Part shown: in pieces, positions 62,192-64,000 of the stretch
Layout of the letters: each line of letters starts with the position of its first letter
How positions within the stretch are numbered: the first letter of the stretch is position 1
Virus record (IMG/VR): IMGVR_UViG_3300034816_000006
Location: 1 to 64,000 of that record
Source: a virus
Strand: one strand, 5' to 3'
Length of the DNA: 64,000 nt
The notes under the pieces: model-generated
What the model was told of the DNA's origin: nothing
Seen by the model: the letters and a program-made list of their open reading frames with translations, nothing else
Databases searched by the model: none
Program-made: the position numbers and the translations under genes

Positions 62192-63160
62192 ATGGACGCC
62201 GCGGGCATGGAGCGCGCGCAGAACGCCGCTGCGGCAGTAATCAAGCGCGCCTGGGTCGCAGCGCTACAGCACCTGCGCGCCGAGAACCCCGTCGAGTCGA
62301 TCGCGATTCGCATGCACAGCGGCGAGCCGATCGTGGGCCTGGACGCCGCGATCGCCAGCTTCGCTGCAGCGGAGCGTCACGCCTACGCGACCGTCGGCGC
62401 GCAGACCGCGATGCACGCCAATGCACAGCTTCACACGACGGCGATCCGCAAGAAGGTGATCTACTTCGACGACGAGGATCGCTCGGTGATGTCCTGGGCC
62501 GAGCGCAATCGCTATGACCTGATCCGCGGGCTGACGCAGGAGCAGCGCGTGATGGTCCGGTTCGCGATGAGCGTGGCCCAGGAGACCGGCGAGAATCCGC
62601 TGGTCACGGCGACGAGGATCCGCGACGAGATCGGGCTCACCGAGGCGCAAGCGCGCGCCGTCGAGAGCTACCGACAGTCGCTGGTCAAGGGGCGCTACGC
62701 CGATGCGCTGCAGCGCAAGCTGAGCGATGGTCGAAGTGACCGGACGATTCGAAGGGTCCGGGACCAGGACCTCGAGCTGACCGATGCACAGCTCGAGGGC
62801 GCGGTGTCGCGGTACCGGCAGAACATGCTGGTGCTCAGGTCAGAAACGATCGCCAGGACCGAGTCGCAACGGATCGCACATCAGGCCAGCGGCGAACTGT
62901 ACAGGCAGGCGATCGCACGCGGCGACATCCAGGCGGAGCAGATCGAGCAGGAGTGGCTGCACCACCCGAGCAAGAAAAGCGAGTTCGACCGCGAGTTTCA
63001 CATCTCGATGCACGGCCAGAAGCGACCGTGGGGCGAGCCGTTCGAGAGCGGGCTCGGCAACCTGCTCATGTTTCCGGGCGATCCTGACGCGCCACCCAAG
63101 GAGACGATCAGGTGCGCGTGTACGAGGACCGTAAGGATCGTGCCGTCACGCGCCGCGTAG
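62192..63160 (+). CDS. MuF-like head morphogenesis protein
   Basis: RSETIARTE, H..MHGQ, LMFPGDP...ETIRCAC. Confidence 0.85.
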   Translation: MDAAGMERAQNAAAAVIKRAWVAALQHLRAENPVESIAIRMHSGEPIVGLDAAIASFAAAERHAYATVGAQTAMHANAQLHTTAIRKKVIYFDDEDRSVMSWAERNRYDLIRGLTQEQRVMVRFAMSVAQETGENPLVTATRIRDEIGLTEAQARAVESYRQSLVKGRYADALQRKLSDGRSDRTIRRVRDQDLELTDAQLEGAVSRYRQNMLVLRSETIARTESQRIAHQASGELYRQAIARGDIQAEQIEQEWLHHPSKKSEFDREFHISMHGQKRPWGEPFESGLGNLLMFPGDPDAPPKETIRCACTRTVRIVPSRAA

Positions 63161-63331
63161 GCGTTCGAGTCCGAGGTTGCGGAGCCATGCGCTCACGCTG
63201 CGCTTCCCATCCTGCCTCGCAGCGGCCTTGAACTCGCGGCGCTCATCGCGGGTGACGCGAACGGTCACAACAACCTCGCGTGCCGTACCAGCGGCAGGCT
63301 TCGGGCCTGTGCGTGCGCCGCGGGAGTTCAT
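63146..63331 (-). CDS. RHH-like regulator
   Basis: RTGPKP...VTVRVT...SVSAWLRNL, similar to 15980..16204. Confidence 0.65.
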   Translation of the reverse strand: MNSRGARTGPKPAAGTAREVVVTVRVTRDERREFKAAARQDGKRSVSAWLRNLGLERLRGA

Positions 63332-63756
63332 CGCCAGCCCTTGACGCCGTGGGCGCGCAACCTGTCGAGCATGCGTTGGTAGAATCGCTCGCGCATGAAG
63401 TCCTTGAGTGCTGGGTTCGTGCCACACGCGACATCTACCAGTTCGTCGAGGATCACAAGCAGGACTGCTGCTGGGTTTGCAGCCGCAGCGGATGCGATCT
63501 CATCGCGGGTGGTCACGCCTTCACCCAGTACACCGGCTGCCCGGTGCTCGTGCACACGCCAAGGAACTCGTACGTCGGTCGCTTCGGCTCTGCCGGACGA
63601 TCCGTGCCTGTGACCACGACCGCTGCTTTCCCACGCCTCGTATTCGTCATGCCGAGCAACATAATACGTATTCGGTGATCCGCAAGGCCAGCGTCTGTGA
63701 GATTCGCCATGTGCCCGTAATCGCCCCGTTACCGACGAGCGGCGAGCCTACAGGAG

Positions 63757-64000
63757 ATGCGACGGTTCTACACGCTGCGTACTGCGCTCACCAAGGCCTT
63801 CAACGAGTTCGACGAGAGCAAGCATCCGCGCGACCACGGCAAGTTCAGCAGCGGGGGCGCGAGCAGCGGCGCAGCCTTCGGCGGCGTGACCGACGCGCAT
63901 CGGCAGCGAGCCACGGAATCCTTGAAGGACAAGACCTTCCTTGGCCAGCATCGTGATCGCCTGATCGCTGCCTCCAACGAAGCGGAGGCGAAGTTCCCGG
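63757..64000 (+). CDS. Head-associated protein, 3'-truncated
   Basis: MRRFYTLRTALTKAFNEFDESKHPRDHGKF; AATCGCCCC 38 nt upstream. Confidence 0.6.
   Translation, partial: MRRFYTLRTALTKAFNEFDESKHPRDHGKFSSGGASSGAAFGGVTDAHRQRATESLKDKTFLGQHRDRLIAASNEAEAKFP

Larger units (their letters stand above)
1..64000. mobile_element. Temperate tailed bacteriophage genome segment
   Basis: Tail, lysis, integrase, repressor/Cro, replication, terminase, portal and head genes in typical phage order; no host housekeeping genes. Confidence 0.95.

Overview
The whole window reads as one continuous, high-GC temperate tailed-phage genome segment with no host genes. Gene order: tape measure and tail/baseplate genes (1-13 kb), lysis cassette (13-16 kb), a long leftward early region with integrase, xis, a candidate attP and recombination genes (16-34.4 kb), a repressor/Cro switch with four operators (34.4-35.3 kb), a rightward replication region (MT-A70 methylase, beta-clamp, PAPS-reductase-like protein, SF2 helicase, VRR-NUC, Prim-Pol/VirE, putative origin; 35-47 kb), accessory genes, then terminases, portal and head genes (57-64 kb). 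A Myxococcota-like host is an inference from GC content, lipoprotein style and peptide leaders. Most notable: (i) two dispersed orphan genes for RiPP/lanthipeptide-like precursors with a shared K[LI]xLxxETIRxL...VVGG leader and Cys/Thr-rich cores, each near a Cys-containing lipoprotein gene, with no synthetase in the window; (ii) a 139-nt tRNA-like RNA with Ala identity (G3:U70, A73) and an expanded anticodon/variable domain, plus two smaller tRNA-minihelix-like elements in the same operon; (iii) a recurrent AATCG(CCCC) box 37-39 nt upstream of apparently leaderless late-gene start codons; (iv) a beta-clamp with an optional in-frame N-terminal membrane anchor. All family assignments come from motif recognition by eye, not database searches.
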